Shown here: piece by piece, positions 49,527 to 62,569 of the stretch
Layout of the letters: the number at the start of each line of letters is the position of its first letter
Position numbering within the stretch: the stretch's first letter is position 1
Assembly (NCBI GenBank): GCA_010909165.1
Contig: MU008207.1
Coordinates: forward strand, 1 to 64,000
From: Anthoceros angustus
Taxonomy: Eukaryota > Plantae > Anthocerotophyta
DNA length: 64,000 bases
Reading direction: 5' to 3'
The notes under the pieces: generated by a model
Seen by the model: only the letters and a program-made list of their open reading frames with translations
What the model was told of the DNA's origin: nothing
The model's database searches: none
Translations under genes and position numbers: made by a program

Positions 49527-52500
49527 TCATAATCGAGTAGGCTTCACAACCAGGGGGCTCGTAACAAAATGAATCCCATCAGACCACTGCAAGGTGCCAA
49601 AGGAGTAGGTGCTGCCGGCTGAGGGAAGCTGCACCTGGAAGAAGACGCTGAAGGTAAGCTGTTCCCCTACAAACTGGAACTGCAGGGTGGAGGGCACAAC
49701 AGTGACAGCAACGCCGTAAGGTGCAGCCACGGCTGCATTGTAAGTCACAACACCTTGAGGCCCTACGTTTGTCACAGTCCTCACGACAGTTTGGTTGCCC
49801 AGTAGCTGTGACAGTGTGATGGAAGGATAGTTCAGGTTGAATGCTTGCGGGATGGTCACAGGGCACACCAAACCTGCACAGATAGACAAGATAAGACGGA
49901 CGGCCACCAGATTAGGTCGTGTACAGTGTTTCCCTGCCAGCCCAATCCACAGCCAGCAATGTTTACTTCTTGCAGCGGGGAACACACAACTAACTAGGCT
50001 GTACCTGCGGAGAGAGCAATATCGGAGCCGAAACTGCAAAGGTAACTGACGTAGTCGTCAGGAAGAGCATCATACACAAGTCCAGGCTCGAGGGCCCTGG
50101 CAGGGCTCACATGACCTGCTCCAAAGTCGAAGTACCCACCAGGGCCACCCGAAGGATATGATGTGATGGTTTCGTTTACGGTGCTGCCAGCAGGTAGCTG
50201 TTGTCCACCTGGTAAGCTGCAAGAAAGCTACATAATTCAGTTTCCTTAAGCATCAAGCTGTAGCAATGCTCAGAACCTGAGGAGTAGTGCTGCTACCACA
50301 GTTGTGAACTTCTGTTACCCGTGGTCACGATAGAGGATTTGATGGCAGCAGGACTCCAGTCAGGATGAACGACCTTGAGTAACGCTGCAATCCCTGCAAT
50401 GTGAGGGGTGGACATTGATGTTCCTGAAAGGATGTTGTAGTCCTCCTGCCTGAATGCAGTGGACTGGTCTACAGCCCTTGGGGAGTAGGCTGCTAGGATG
50501 TCAACTCCTGGAGCCGTGATATCAGGCTGCAACCATCCCGAAAATGGCCAACTCATTTCTGCAGACATCTGGATGAAGAACAGCTTGGAAACAAGTTTCA
50601 CACTCCTCACGGGGAATCACTCTGCATCATAGCTAGGTTGGGGTACCTTCAGGATGTCAGGATGGACAACGCTGGGTCCTCTGGAAGAAAACGCTGCCAC
50701 TTTGGGAGCAGGCTTGTAGTCAAAAACTGCCTGTGTAGGAAGGATTTTTGCAACCGGGCTCGCTGTGGACTGGACGTAGGCATCAATGGTTGCAGCAGCT
50801 GCAAAATCGATGACGGTAACTGGCAGAGGAAACTGTTGAGACCCCAGTGGATTTCCTACATAAATCAGTCCCACTCCCCCAACCCTCTTCACCTCATCAA
50901 CAGCATCAATCGTAGGATCGTAGTTACAAAGAACAATGGCATTCGTTGCACGGGCCGGGTCCAAGCTGTAGCCCGCGCAGTAACTGCACAAGGTGATCAC
51001 TCCCCAAGTCAGGTGACCCGCAAGCATTTACAAACAAAGAGACACAGACTTCAAGCTCCATGTGCATCACCTGGCCTGAGTGTTGCTAGAAAATGAGACT
51101 GAAGCCCGCGAGCCGAAGATGATCGGAAAGAAGTTCTCGTATGCGAAAGGATTGGCTACCCATCTGCCCTGCAACACCCAACACAGATCCGCTGAGTCCC
51201 TTTCAAGGGAAGAATCCATTGAATCCAGAGCAACTTCAACAAGCTGGAGGACCACATACTGGAACCAGACTGCCGTCCCCCAGGAGAACATTGGTCACAA
51301 ATTCACGATCCGTGGTGGATGCACCGACTGTGATGATCCAGGGAGCAGCATTGGCAACAGTGCTGTAACCCGGCCCCTCGTTTCCACCGGCTGCCACCAC
51401 CACAACCCCTTGCCTGACGGCGTGGAAAGAGCCCATGCCCAGCGCATCGGTGAGCACAGGCTCGTCCCCCTTAGGCCCAAGAGACACAGACAGCACCTGC
51501 ACTCCATCAGCAATGGCGTCGTCGAAGGCAGCCAGGACATCTGCATCGAAGCAGCTCCCGCTGGGCTTCCAGCACACTTTGTAGATGGCCAATCTGGCTC
51601 CTGGTGCACCACCTGTGACGGTGCCATTCCCGATGAGGTACAAGCCTACATTTGGCACTCTGCTGCCAGCAGCCACGGATGCGCAGTGGGAGCCGTGCCC
51701 GTCTATGTCCCGAGGAGAAAGCACGTCCTGCAGAGCACCCGATGCAGCCGCTGCGGTGTAGTAGTAGCGAGCTCCAATCACCTTCCTGCATGTGCAAGAT
51801 CCAGAGCCTGTCATGTACATGCTTCTGGTCTGGACAGCCTGTGGAAAAATCGTCTTGTTTGATGGAAGCTGTATTGAAAAATCTACAAGCCGCTTACTTG
51901 TTGCAAACATCAGCTGCGAAGGAATCCCCGGGCACGCATGCTCCCCTCCAGCTCAGAGGAACAGGGGGCATGTCCAAGTCACCGAAGCTGGGTGATTCTG
52001 GCCAGTAACCTGTCGTGCAAGTAGTATCTCCATAGGTTAATAGAATCTCGACCATAAACATGCTAAGTCGGCTACACTGAACCAGAGCAGTGTTGAGAAA
52101 TCCGTCACGAATTCCGATGGAACAACGTTATGGCCTCCATACCTGAGTCGATGACACCAATAACAACATCCGACTGGTTGATGAAAGCAGGGAATTGATA
52201 CGAGTTTCCAGTGACATTGTTGTTGATGCCAAGGAAGTCCCAGGAATGTGTGGTCTGGAGTTTACGAGCCTGGCTGAGAAACACGGAGCGGACTTTCTCC
52301 GACTCTGCAACGACATATCATCCATGCTGGAGCCCCAGTGCACAGAATCCGACGCTCGAATGACATGCTTGAATTCTAAGACAAGCGTTTCCAGTACCTC
52401 TCAGAGCTTGTGCGTGATGGGAGGTCAGCTTGGCAGCGAAGCCCTGGAAGGACCTGTGATAATGGTACAGAATAGCGTCCAGGGCACCAGCCGTGCTGCA

Positions 52501-52985
52501 CAACAGCACGATTCCAAGACTCACATCCCACGCACATTGAAGACGGCAGGAAAAGCTCTCAACGGATAGAGCCTTTGAATCTGGATTCAAGATTCAACAG
52601 TTCGGCCGAATCTTACGAAATCCAGAGAAGAGGGCCCGGCCAGGGGGATGCAAATGCAGACTTGGCACAAACCTTCCGAGCACAGATGCGAGGAGGTCAT
52701 GGTGCTCGGAAACAACCTCCACTTCATGTCTGAGGGACTTGGCTCCAATGTACACCACGTACACCTGCCAGTCAAAACAGCTCCCAACTTCCATCAGCAA
52801 CAAAGTTTCCAAAATCCTGCCGGACTAGGATTGGGGCATTCTCCTGAGTCCTGTGCACAGCACGGTGGCGGATCGGATGCACAAACCTCGGTTGGAGCAC
52901 CCCCCTGGACGTGCAGCTCGTTCTGGACGTGGGGAAGAAGCAGCAGCAGGAAGATCGCCGTGAGGAGGCTGGAGGAGCCAGCCAT
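49527..52985 (-). CDS. Subtilisin-like serine protease (plant subtilase, S8A) 1, multi-exon
   Basis: Signal peptide, I9 prodomain ([23 protein letters not shown]), catalytic Asp (VIDSG), His ([15 protein letters not shown]) and Ser (SGTSMSTPH), PA domain, and FN-III-like tail (LNYPSI...RTVTNVG...VTSPLVV). Confidence 0.95.
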
Positions 52986-54578
52986 CGCACCGGTTTCCGT
53001 CTCCCCCAATCCGAGGCCGCATCGATGTAGAGAAGTGGACGAGGAAGTGCGCGAGAGCGCGGGCCGCGGGATCGGGCTCGGGTGCCCGCAAATCCGGAAA
53101 TCCGCGCCCAAGTCTGCGTCGCTGCGTCTCGAAATGCGTCAGCGCGTCTCAGAATTCGTCACGGCGTCTCAAAAAGCTGCCAGAAGGCAAGCCATCCAAC
53201 CAGGCTGCCTCGCCATAATTTCTATCAATAGTCCACCCTATAGCCGTCATGGAAGGCAGCCGGAAAGAGCGCCCTCTGTTTCTGTTCCTGTTCCAGTTCC
53301 TGTTCCCGTTCCCGGGTCCGGACTCGGGCTGCCCGGGCCCACCATTCCATGTTGCTTCCAAGGTAGCCAGGCTTTCACTGGAAGCTCACTTGCTGGGGCC
53401 ACGAGCTTGGTGAAGCACGCTGCTGCAGGCACAGGCACAGGCACAGGCAAAGGTTTCCGGATAATAAATTTTTGAATAATAAAAAACAAGAAAGAATGAG
53501 GGAAAATCAAATTCGTGCAATGCATGTTCTGCAGATGGGGAAGGGCCACTGTTCACAAACAACTTCCTGGCCATATGATCTATGAGGGCGAGGCGAATAA
53601 CATTATTCAGTATGTTGTAACATGAAGAATGAGCTCTCCACCCATTTCATGAGGCAAGAGCTGTGGGTCGGGCAGATGAGAGCCTCTCATAGCTATCTCC
53701 GGCTCTCAAGTTCCGCATAGCCTTGAAAGTAACAACAACCACATCTCGTTTGCCGTTGATGACCGTCTCATTGTAACTCAAGGCTTCCATTTTCTCTTTG
53801 AACTCGTCGACGATTCTAAATGCGAATTGCAAGATTATTGACAAGCGATTTCTTGAAACTCTGTCAATATTTTTTGGAGGCACAAACTTTGGCCCGTCCT
53901 TATGTCAAAAAGAATTGACATCGGACATCCTTGAGATGATGCATTCAGATATCCCCGATTTTGATACGCATTCATATATCCCTGATTTTGATATCCTTGG
54001 CGCGATAGGTAACAATGGTGTTAGGGTTATTCCCTTCCCCTTGGATTAGACGGATTTTTCATCTCTTTTTTATAGTAAAGTCTCCAGGTCAGATGATGCA
54101 TTAGTGTTTCTATGGGTGTCACCCATCCACCCATCCACCCATCCCCAGTTCCAGTTCCATGGATTGGGCGTCACCCATTCCCAAAGTCCAAGTTCTATGG
54201 GGCCGCCTTTTGTAAAAAAACTTGCCGTCGTGCCAACAGTGTGCGAGGATGCCTCTTGTTACCCGTCCTTGCGGAACTTAAGATACATCTTATCTACAAA
54301 GTCATCCGATACGCTATAAAAAAAAATGAAACTTTGGCCCCTTCCTGACCACATAAAGAAGGAGGCCATCGCTTCTAACTCAGAGGCTCGATATCATCAA
54401 ATAAGAACGGTTCATCCTAGAATATCTCCAAGCTCCAAGCTGCAAGGGATGAAAGAAACTTGCATTTGTTTCCCGTTTTCCGGGTAGGTAATAGCATTTT
54501 TTCTCAAATATTAAATACAAGAAAGAATTAAGGATAGTTCAAGTTGAACTACCCTGTAGATCGTACCTGGAGCCTATC

Positions 54579-57500
54579 TTAAAAGTATGAAGGTACCACT
54601 ATCAAAGGACTCGTCACTGTGTGGTACCCATCCGACCATATCAAAGATCCCCAATAGGTGATGGTACCATCTCCAGCAACTGGTGTTGTGAAAGTAACTG
54701 TGAATGACAAAGTCTGTCCTACAGATTGGAAGGAGAGGGCAAGAGGATCAACAGTTACCAAAACCGAAGGATCCGGTGCGATGACTGTGGGCGTGTAGGT
54801 TACAACTCCAACTGCCCCCACATTTGTCACGCTTCTCGTCACTGTCACAGAGGTCACTAGATCAGATACTTTGATGGCTGGATAGTTGATATCATAGTGC
54901 GCCTTGGGAAACAGTGGACAGGCAGCAGAAGGATCTCCTGTATAAGAGCGGAGGTCTGTATCTGTGATGCCGAAGTCGCATATGAAATCAATGTAATCGG
55001 CAAAATTGACATCATATACAAGTCCGGGATCCAGGGCAGCAAGTGGATACACGTGACCAGATCCAAAGTCCAGAGGGCCTCCTGGAGTAAGAGAAGGATA
55101 CGTTGTTATTGAGCTGTTGAAGTTATCAATTTGGGTCGCTGCAGACACAAGGCAGATAGTTAGGATGGAGAACGCTAGAACTGGAGGAGGAGTTAGTTCA
55201 CATGATTCACAAGAAACGAACGAGCTAATGAATCGCAGAGCATTGGAGATGGCGTGCCTGTTGTCATGATGGCGGATTTGATAGCTGCAGGACTCCACGT
55301 TGGGTGGGCAATCTTGACGAGAGCAGATATTGCAGAGATGTGAGGGCAGGCCATAGATGTGCCGGATATAATATTCAGGGTCAGCGATCGACCTCCAGTT
55401 TCAAAATCATCTAGTTGGAGAGGAGAGAAAGCAGCCAGAATGGCTTGTCCTGGAGCTGTTATGTCAGGCTGCAGCCCACACAGGAGTGCTATATCAGATG
55501 AGGGACTAGTCTAGGCAGACTTGGAAACCTTAGAGACAGCAGCCATGGGGAAGCCCCTCACCAGATTACAACAAGTAACCTACACAGACAAGCTTGGGGC
55601 ATTTCATCAGTGTGGGCAACGGGCCATACCTTAGGGATGTCGGGGTTACGAAGGCTGGGACCTCTGGAGGAAAAGGTGGCCACTCTTGGTGCAGGTACTT
55701 GCCCGTAAGTTGCTGCAGTAGGCAGGATGACACCGACAGGAGTCCTGCAAAAGCCATGACACCCAATCTCATCAAACACCTCACTGAAGTTCAACCAAGG
55801 CTGCACTCAGCAACACATGACAGAGAGTGGAGAAAGCTTACGGTGTGTTCTGCAAGTACGGCAGCTGCAGGGCTAGGTTGGCGGCGTCTTCGGAGATGTA
55901 TGTGGCAGGCCCAACAAACTCTCGTGGCACGGACGGAGTGCCGACGAGAATGATACCCACTCCACCGGCTCGTCGCACCTCATCCTCTGCAGCCACGCTT
56001 GGATCATACGCGCACACCACGATGGCTCCTGTCACAATCGAAGAATCCAGGCTGGAGGGGAGGCAGGCACTGCGACACATACAATCCAAACACGTATTAA
56101 ATCATTGCCGGCATATACTTTCCAGTGCTTGCACTCCACACTGTTGAACGAGCATGTTTCACAGAAATCTGCGTCCAGATTTGACATACCTGGCTTGTTC
56201 TACCAAGGCTCCAGGTGCTATTGCATTGGAACCCAGTACGATGGGGACCGGGGTTGTAAACTGGAAGGGGTTGAAGACCCAACCTCCCTGGGGCAATAGG
56301 GCACAAAGTCCAAGGTCAAGAAGCAGTGACGTTAAATCATACAACAGAGGCAGGTCAGGTGAAGATCCTTCCCCATCCAGGAATGACTGGCATCAAGGCA
56401 CTTACAGGGATGATGCTGCCATCTCCGAGCTGCACATTGGTGACGTATTCACGATCTGTGGTGCTGGCAGCAACTGTGACAATCCAAGGAGCAGTGTTGA
56501 CAACAGTGCCGTAATCCGGGCCGTTGTTACCAGCCGAGGCGGACACCAGGATGTTGTTCTTGACAGCGTAGTAGGCTCCTATAGCAATTGAGTCATTGAA
56601 CAGGGAGGAGTCCACTTCCCCGTTGCTGTTTCCGATAGAGATGGAGATGATATCCACGCCATCAGCAATGGCGTCGTCGAAAGCCGCAAATATATCGGCA
56701 TCGGTGCAACCTGCAGGTGTGAAGCAGACCTTGTAGATGGCCAATCTGGCCCCGCTCACACCCCCTGACACTATGCCCTCTCCGATGCCGTAGGGTCCCG
56801 CATCGTACCTCGCTCCTGCTACAGTGGATGCTGTGTGTGAACCATGGCCGATTGTGTCTCTGGGAGAGAGGAGATCATTCAGGGTTCCGCCTTGGGCCTG
56901 CACAGCTGCTAGTGCTCCCTGGTAGTAGTAGCGAGCGCCAATCACCTTGCTGCATTCCGGAACACACACATCCCATCAGCCATCTGAGGAATCAGTTTCA
57001 GCACATGAATTGAATCGAGAGTGTTTTCTTACTTGTTGCAGAGGTCGGCAGTAAATTGGTCGCCTGGAATGCAAGCTCCCTTCCAGCGAAGAGGAACTGG
57101 TGGCATACCCACATCCTGGAAGCTGGGAGATTCGGGCCAGTATCCTGTGAACAGCGGCAACAGCAAACACATTTCAGCGTTCAGCTCCAAGTGAATAATG
57201 CCACAGCATGAAGATCACAAATTTCCCCAACACCGTGCTCTACGAGAACTGTACCAGAGTCGAGCATCCCGATGATGATATCAGTTTGAGAAGCGGGAGG
57301 AGGGAAATAGTAGGAGTTGTTGGTGCCTGGCAGGAGAATGTCACTGCTATCGCGGTTCAAAACGCCCAGAAAATTCCACGAATGACTTGTGTGCGGCTTG
57401 TGAATCAAGCTCTTAAATACGCCGAGAACCTTCTCTGACTCTGCACACACCAGGTTCCTCCATCTGGGTCAGATCGGATTTCGCAGGGGTTCGGATAGAA

Positions 57501-58009
57501 GAACTTCTAATTCAAGGAGGGATCCGGAGCTTGCCTTTGAGTTTTGCAGCATGACTGGCGTCCAGTTTGGCAGCAAAGCCTCGGAATGACCTGTGGTAGT
57601 GGTACAAGATTGACCCAGTTGCAGCCTCGACACTGCGAACACAGAACTTCACACACTCGATCTCATGTTGCTTCCAGATGAATGGGCACTCTACGGCCAC
57701 ACAGCCCACATGGAGGAGGATCCTTGTGGAAAATGCAGAGAACTCACCTTCCCAAAACCGTAGCAAGAAGAGCTGTGTTCTCCAACAACGCGTCCAACTC
57801 ATGGCCTCCAGGGATGGCTCCCAAGTGCACCACATAAACCTGTACCCAGCATCAGATGGTGAGCCCAGTCTGCCAAAAAAACAACTGTGACCCAACGAAT
57901 GTGGTATGATTCGGACCTCTGGAGCAGGCTCGGTTGCAGAAATCGTGGACAAGGGCATCAGAAGCAGCAGCGCTAGGATGAAACAAGCACCCATCCTGTA
58001 GATCGCCAT
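54579..58009 (-). CDS. Subtilisin-like serine protease (plant subtilase, S8A) 2, tandem paralog, multi-exon
   Basis: Signal peptide [84 protein letters not shown] and INYPAI...TVTSPLIV. Confidence 0.95.
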
Positions 58010-58802
58010 GGATCGAATCCAGCCGACCCGTCTGCTCAAGATTCGTCGGGCGGCGTTTGTGGGCGGCTGGGCTTCGAAATGACCAGATGGACAAGGCCTC
58101 AAGGTCGCTCGAGTTGCAGCAACTAGTTCTTATAGAGAGTCGAGTATGTACTTATGCAGGAAGCTTCTCCCTAGCTTCGTCCGGGAAGCGAGCATCTCTA
58201 CTGTAGATATGGTCTGACACACGGCGAGGTGGGACTTGGGACGCGCTTTCTCTTTCCTGTGCCGGCTTGAGTGGAGTAGCTTGGACTGCAAGGAGCCACT
58301 GGATAACGGCAGGAGAAGGAGCAGAATTTGAAACAGGAGGAGGAGAAAAAGAATTTTATTCCAGTCCTGCATCCTTGAAGCAAAAAAGTGTGCACAAAGG
58401 TCTCCACCAGTTGCAACCTGACCTTGTCAAACCCAGAATGCTGAAAGGCGAACACAATAACTTCGGACACTGTGTAAGATCGGACCCAGTCCCAATTGAC
58501 TTCGTACACTGTACGAACATTATCTCCCAATTGCTGACTCCGTACATGTGTACACCGTCTCTGCACCTCAGAATTGTCCTTCCACATCAGAAGTTCCGAA
58601 TGCAGAGGCACAATCCATGGCAAGTTACCCGGGGACGTGGGCCAGCAGGCATCACTACAGAACTTACACGCTTTTGATCTGAGTGGGACACCAAAAATTC
58701 AGTCACACTGAGAGTTTTCGTGGGAAATGCAGTGCCTACATTTCACTGACCCAAATACAAATGTCACGAGGGAGCAGAATTACAGAGCCTGCGGCCTGCG
58801 GG

Positions 58803-61800
58803 TTAAGCATTTGGAGCATGTGCACTGCCATCGTCGTCAGCTAGCAACCGCGCGACCAAGACATCTGCCAGATCGTCTTTGACGACACTCGGGATCACAG
58901 TTGCCGGGACTACTAGCTTGATGAACTTCTTCAACTCCGAGAAGCTGGAGTGCTCGCTGTAAGGAACTTCGTAACTGCGGCAAATCCATTAGACGAGTCA
59001 TGCACGGGCGTGTATATGTACAACAAGGATGGCAGTCGTTGGCGAATGGGGGACCCACCGTATGACTGCTCCCTGCTGCTTTCTACGGCCCGTGAATCGT
59101 TTCTTGTCTCGACCAAAGTTCCAGCCGGTGAGAGAGAATGCAACCACAGAGTTGTACCGCCCCTGCGTCATGGAGCTAACGGTCACTCATGCATCCGGGG
59201 GATCTCGTTGCGGGTGTAGAAGGGAAGCATAGCACTCACATGATAGTGCCGAGATATAGAGGCCATTCTCTTGAAGCTTGCAATGCTCCATAACGGAACC
59301 ACGTGAATCTGACTTTCATGTAGCCATCTTGTCTCGTCTTCGTGCAATGACATGCATGACAACAATCTCCGCTTAGCTGCCCCAACATAAACCTTCTTTT
59401 GGAGTGCTCGGGCCACCTCCAAAAACACTCGCTCCTTCCCTAAACACCACAAAGGCTGAAACCTGTTCAGGAGACGAAGCTCGTTCGAAACACACTACAG
59501 CTGTGTGTTGGAGCTTACCTATTGTGTAGGTGCCGATCAGAAACAGCGTTTCGGATTGAATGTTTCTGCTTGAATAGCCTCGATGACAAACTGGACAGCA
59601 GCATCCTGTTCCGGAAAATCGTACTGGACGAGGCATGCTTGTCAGTCTGAGAATTGTTGAAAATACGTCAGCTCGCTCACAGAAATTCAGACTTACCTGG
59701 GGATCACAGTACGTCGTGTCCAATATCAAAGTGTGGATTTTATTAGCCAGAAGCGCTGGGTCACTGGCCATCTTTGTGCAGTATCGAAAATCTCCAGTAT
59801 GCAGAACATTCTGGAAACCACAGAATCAGATCACATACAACAAACATGAAGCAAGTAAGAGCTCAGACAGTGATCTTTGTCAAATCAGGATACCTTATTG
59901 TCAGCAAGCTGAAATAGAATCATCACAGATCCTGGACAGTGATTTGCATCGATGAACGTGACTTTGACTCCATCAATAGTGACCGCCTTGTTCAGATCGA
60001 TAACCTCAATGTAGCTCAATGGCACACCAATTTGCATGTTAACAAGGGCTGCAGTAATCGCTGAGCCGTATATTTTGCCATGTCTGAAAGCCCTAGTGAG
60101 CCCTTGGTAGTCTGCCGCAGCAATCAAAATCAAAATCTGAGGTCCAACACCAGGAAAGCTTAGTATCACCTATCACTGGCTCTTCGGCTCTGCTCACAAG
60201 CAGGAGCAAGACAGAAACGATTTGAGTTTCAAACGTGAAAACTTACGATCAGTGTGGAAGTGAGTGAGAAACCAGTGAGAGCATTCTGTAGTTAAGTGCC
60301 TAAACGAATCCTGCAGCAGTTCACATACAAAGGTGTGATGCAGAACAGCATGGATGCCCATTTGCCACAACGATTGTACAAGCAAGCAGAGGTGCCAACA
60401 TACATGTACAGCAACCACGCACCACCCAAGACAATGCGCGGACGCGCTCACCACTCTGAAGGTTGTGCCAGGGATACACATCCAAGGCTGGACTGGAGGA
60501 CTGATCCTCCGAGATGAATTCCTGTTCAGAGATGCAGAACCGTTGGCTCGAGGAGGGGGCATTCGTGCAGCTTTGGTAGAACGTGATGTCTGTTGAAGAG
60601 TGGCATGTGGAGTCCTTGATGAACCTGCGGTATGTCCGAAAAGTCGGTGATGCGTTTTGCGCTGGATGAGGTGGTGTTACCGTTCAACTTTTCCTGGCTG
60701 CCAACCTCACTGTTCTCAGCTGTGGAGAGATCCTTTGCTGATTTTAAAACTTGTATCTCAGAGATGATCTTCCTCCTTGGACCGAGAGCTGCTACACCCA
60801 AACCCAGCAGATCCTGTCTCCGAGAATATGACGAAAATGTGAGCAGAACAGACATAATGAAGGAGGAACTTTAAGTTTTTCTTCACAGGATCAGCCAACA
60901 GACGACCAGATTGATCAGACAAGACAGTCAATTCAGTGTACCAAAGGGGTGCACATGCCTGACCTCTTCTTTGAGCCACTGCAGGGTATCCCAATCGATC
61001 TCTTCCTTGATGAAGATATGAGCATACTTTGAGAGCTTCAGTTTCTCCAGCCATCGCAAAACAGGAGCCAGGCCAGCACCTGGCGAGCTCGTCCCCCCAT
61101 TCACTTCCTGATCAGACAATGGACGAGGGTATCAGAACCACATTCCACATCCAAAGCTGGTGCCATCATTGTCCAGCAAGTGCCTCAGTCTCGCTGTACC
61201 TGTTCCCTGTCCAGCTTGTCCAGACATTCATTTGTGTGTGCTTCCCGTTGCTGTAAAGGAAGGCCTCCCAGAGACAGCTGACATATGGGGCACTCAGGAG
61301 TGAACACACCACTGGACACGGAGTCAACATTGAGGCAACCATCAGCAGGTGCTGCCTCCTCTGCGCACTCTCCCCTGCAGCTGTCGTTCACCTCTACGGA
61401 AGCCCCAACCAAATCGCCAAACATCGAGTGGGGTGCAAGGCCCCTGCTATCGTCTGAACCGGAGACCCCTGACACAGCATTCGTAATATCACCCAACGGC
61501 GGCCTCGAAGCTCTGGGGGCATCTCCCTTGTGTCGCTTCCCTCCCTTTCCTCTCGGGGTGCTCACTTGCGTCAAAAATCTAGTTATGTCTTCCTCACAGA
61601 GAGCACTGTCTCTGTCTCCGTTGCTGACAACCGAGTCAGAAGGAACATTTCCGCCACCTCACTAGCTGCATGCTCACCAGCATGTAAAAGACCTGCAGTT
61701 TCCGAATCCCCTGCTTCCCTAGCAGCTCTGCTACACAAGCTCAGCAGAGCATTCAACTGACTTTCCTCGCAGATCCCTTCCGACCCTGCCACTGGCGCAG

Positions 61801-62233
61801 ACGACAGGAAAACCGGCTCGCCAGATGCATCACCAGCTTGAGTCCCGAGAACCGACTCCACATCCGCTTTCACCTCGGTTCGCGCGGAATCCCGGTCACA
61901 CAAGCTCGTCATCCGTCCTGCATTGCTTTCCAGCCGCCTATCCCTCGGCTGCGATGCCGTACGAATCCTACCTTTCTGGACACTAGGCACTCCTGCCTGA
62001 TGCAATGCGGTCCCTGCACTGGTCACTTTCCGAATCTTGCAACCTCCCTCATGCTCTTTGCCTCCTGTGCTTCTCTTGCACCCCGCCTTCCCCGTTCCGG
62101 AACCTCCAAAGAGACGCTCCTGCTTCATCAAAGCAAGATGCTTCCCAGATTGCTGAAAATCATCATCGTCGCTCGCCCCTGCAACAGCCAGAGCCAGCGC
62201 CATGGCCGAATCCAGGTCTGTGTCGGCCGCCAT
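58803..62233 (-). CDS. SNM1: SNM1/PSO2-type DNA cross-link repair nuclease (UBZ-type zinc finger, SAM, metallo-beta-lactamase, beta-CASP); three apparent -1 frameshifts in this assembly
   Basis: CPIC...REAHTNECLD zinc finger, SAM domain (WLEKLKLSKYAHIFIKEEIDW...LGPRRKI), FLTHFHTDHYQGL, DANHCPGS, HTGDFR, LDTTYC, GKERVF, TGW and YEVPYSEHSSFSEL. Confidence 0.88.
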
Positions 62234-62569
62234 TCCTCCTGTTGCTTGTGAATTTCAAGCCCGAGACCGAAAAACCGATGCAAATTCAAATATAAGCCCG
62301 CCAAGTCAAGTAGATACGGCACTACCTGGTGTGGTCTGTTTGTGAACATACACTTGTAGGTATGTACCACCTACTATATGTAGGTAACAGTATTTCCACT
62401 CCATCTCAAAGTTTTACAACATAGAACAACGGGTGTACTTTAGGCATAAAATATAAAGTTAAGATATATTTTATGTAAAAAAATTAAGATAGGTGATTCA
62501 TCTACTCGTTGATATGTGCGCAAATGGCTTAGGACAAATGGACACACACATATTTATAAGGACACTGAT

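Larger units (their letters stand above)
45130..49600. repeat. Diverged tandem segmental duplication (about 45130-47220 vs 47245-49600)
   Basis: Each unit holds the 3' part of gene A, the intergenic spacer, gene B and the last ~70 nt of subtilase 1 coding sequence. Confidence 0.85.

Noticed and set aside
53270-53450. PVPVPV / GTGTGT-encoding repeats as a protein or hairpin element
   Set aside because: They are short hexamer microsatellites upstream of subtilase 1, only loosely complementary, with no supported ORF.
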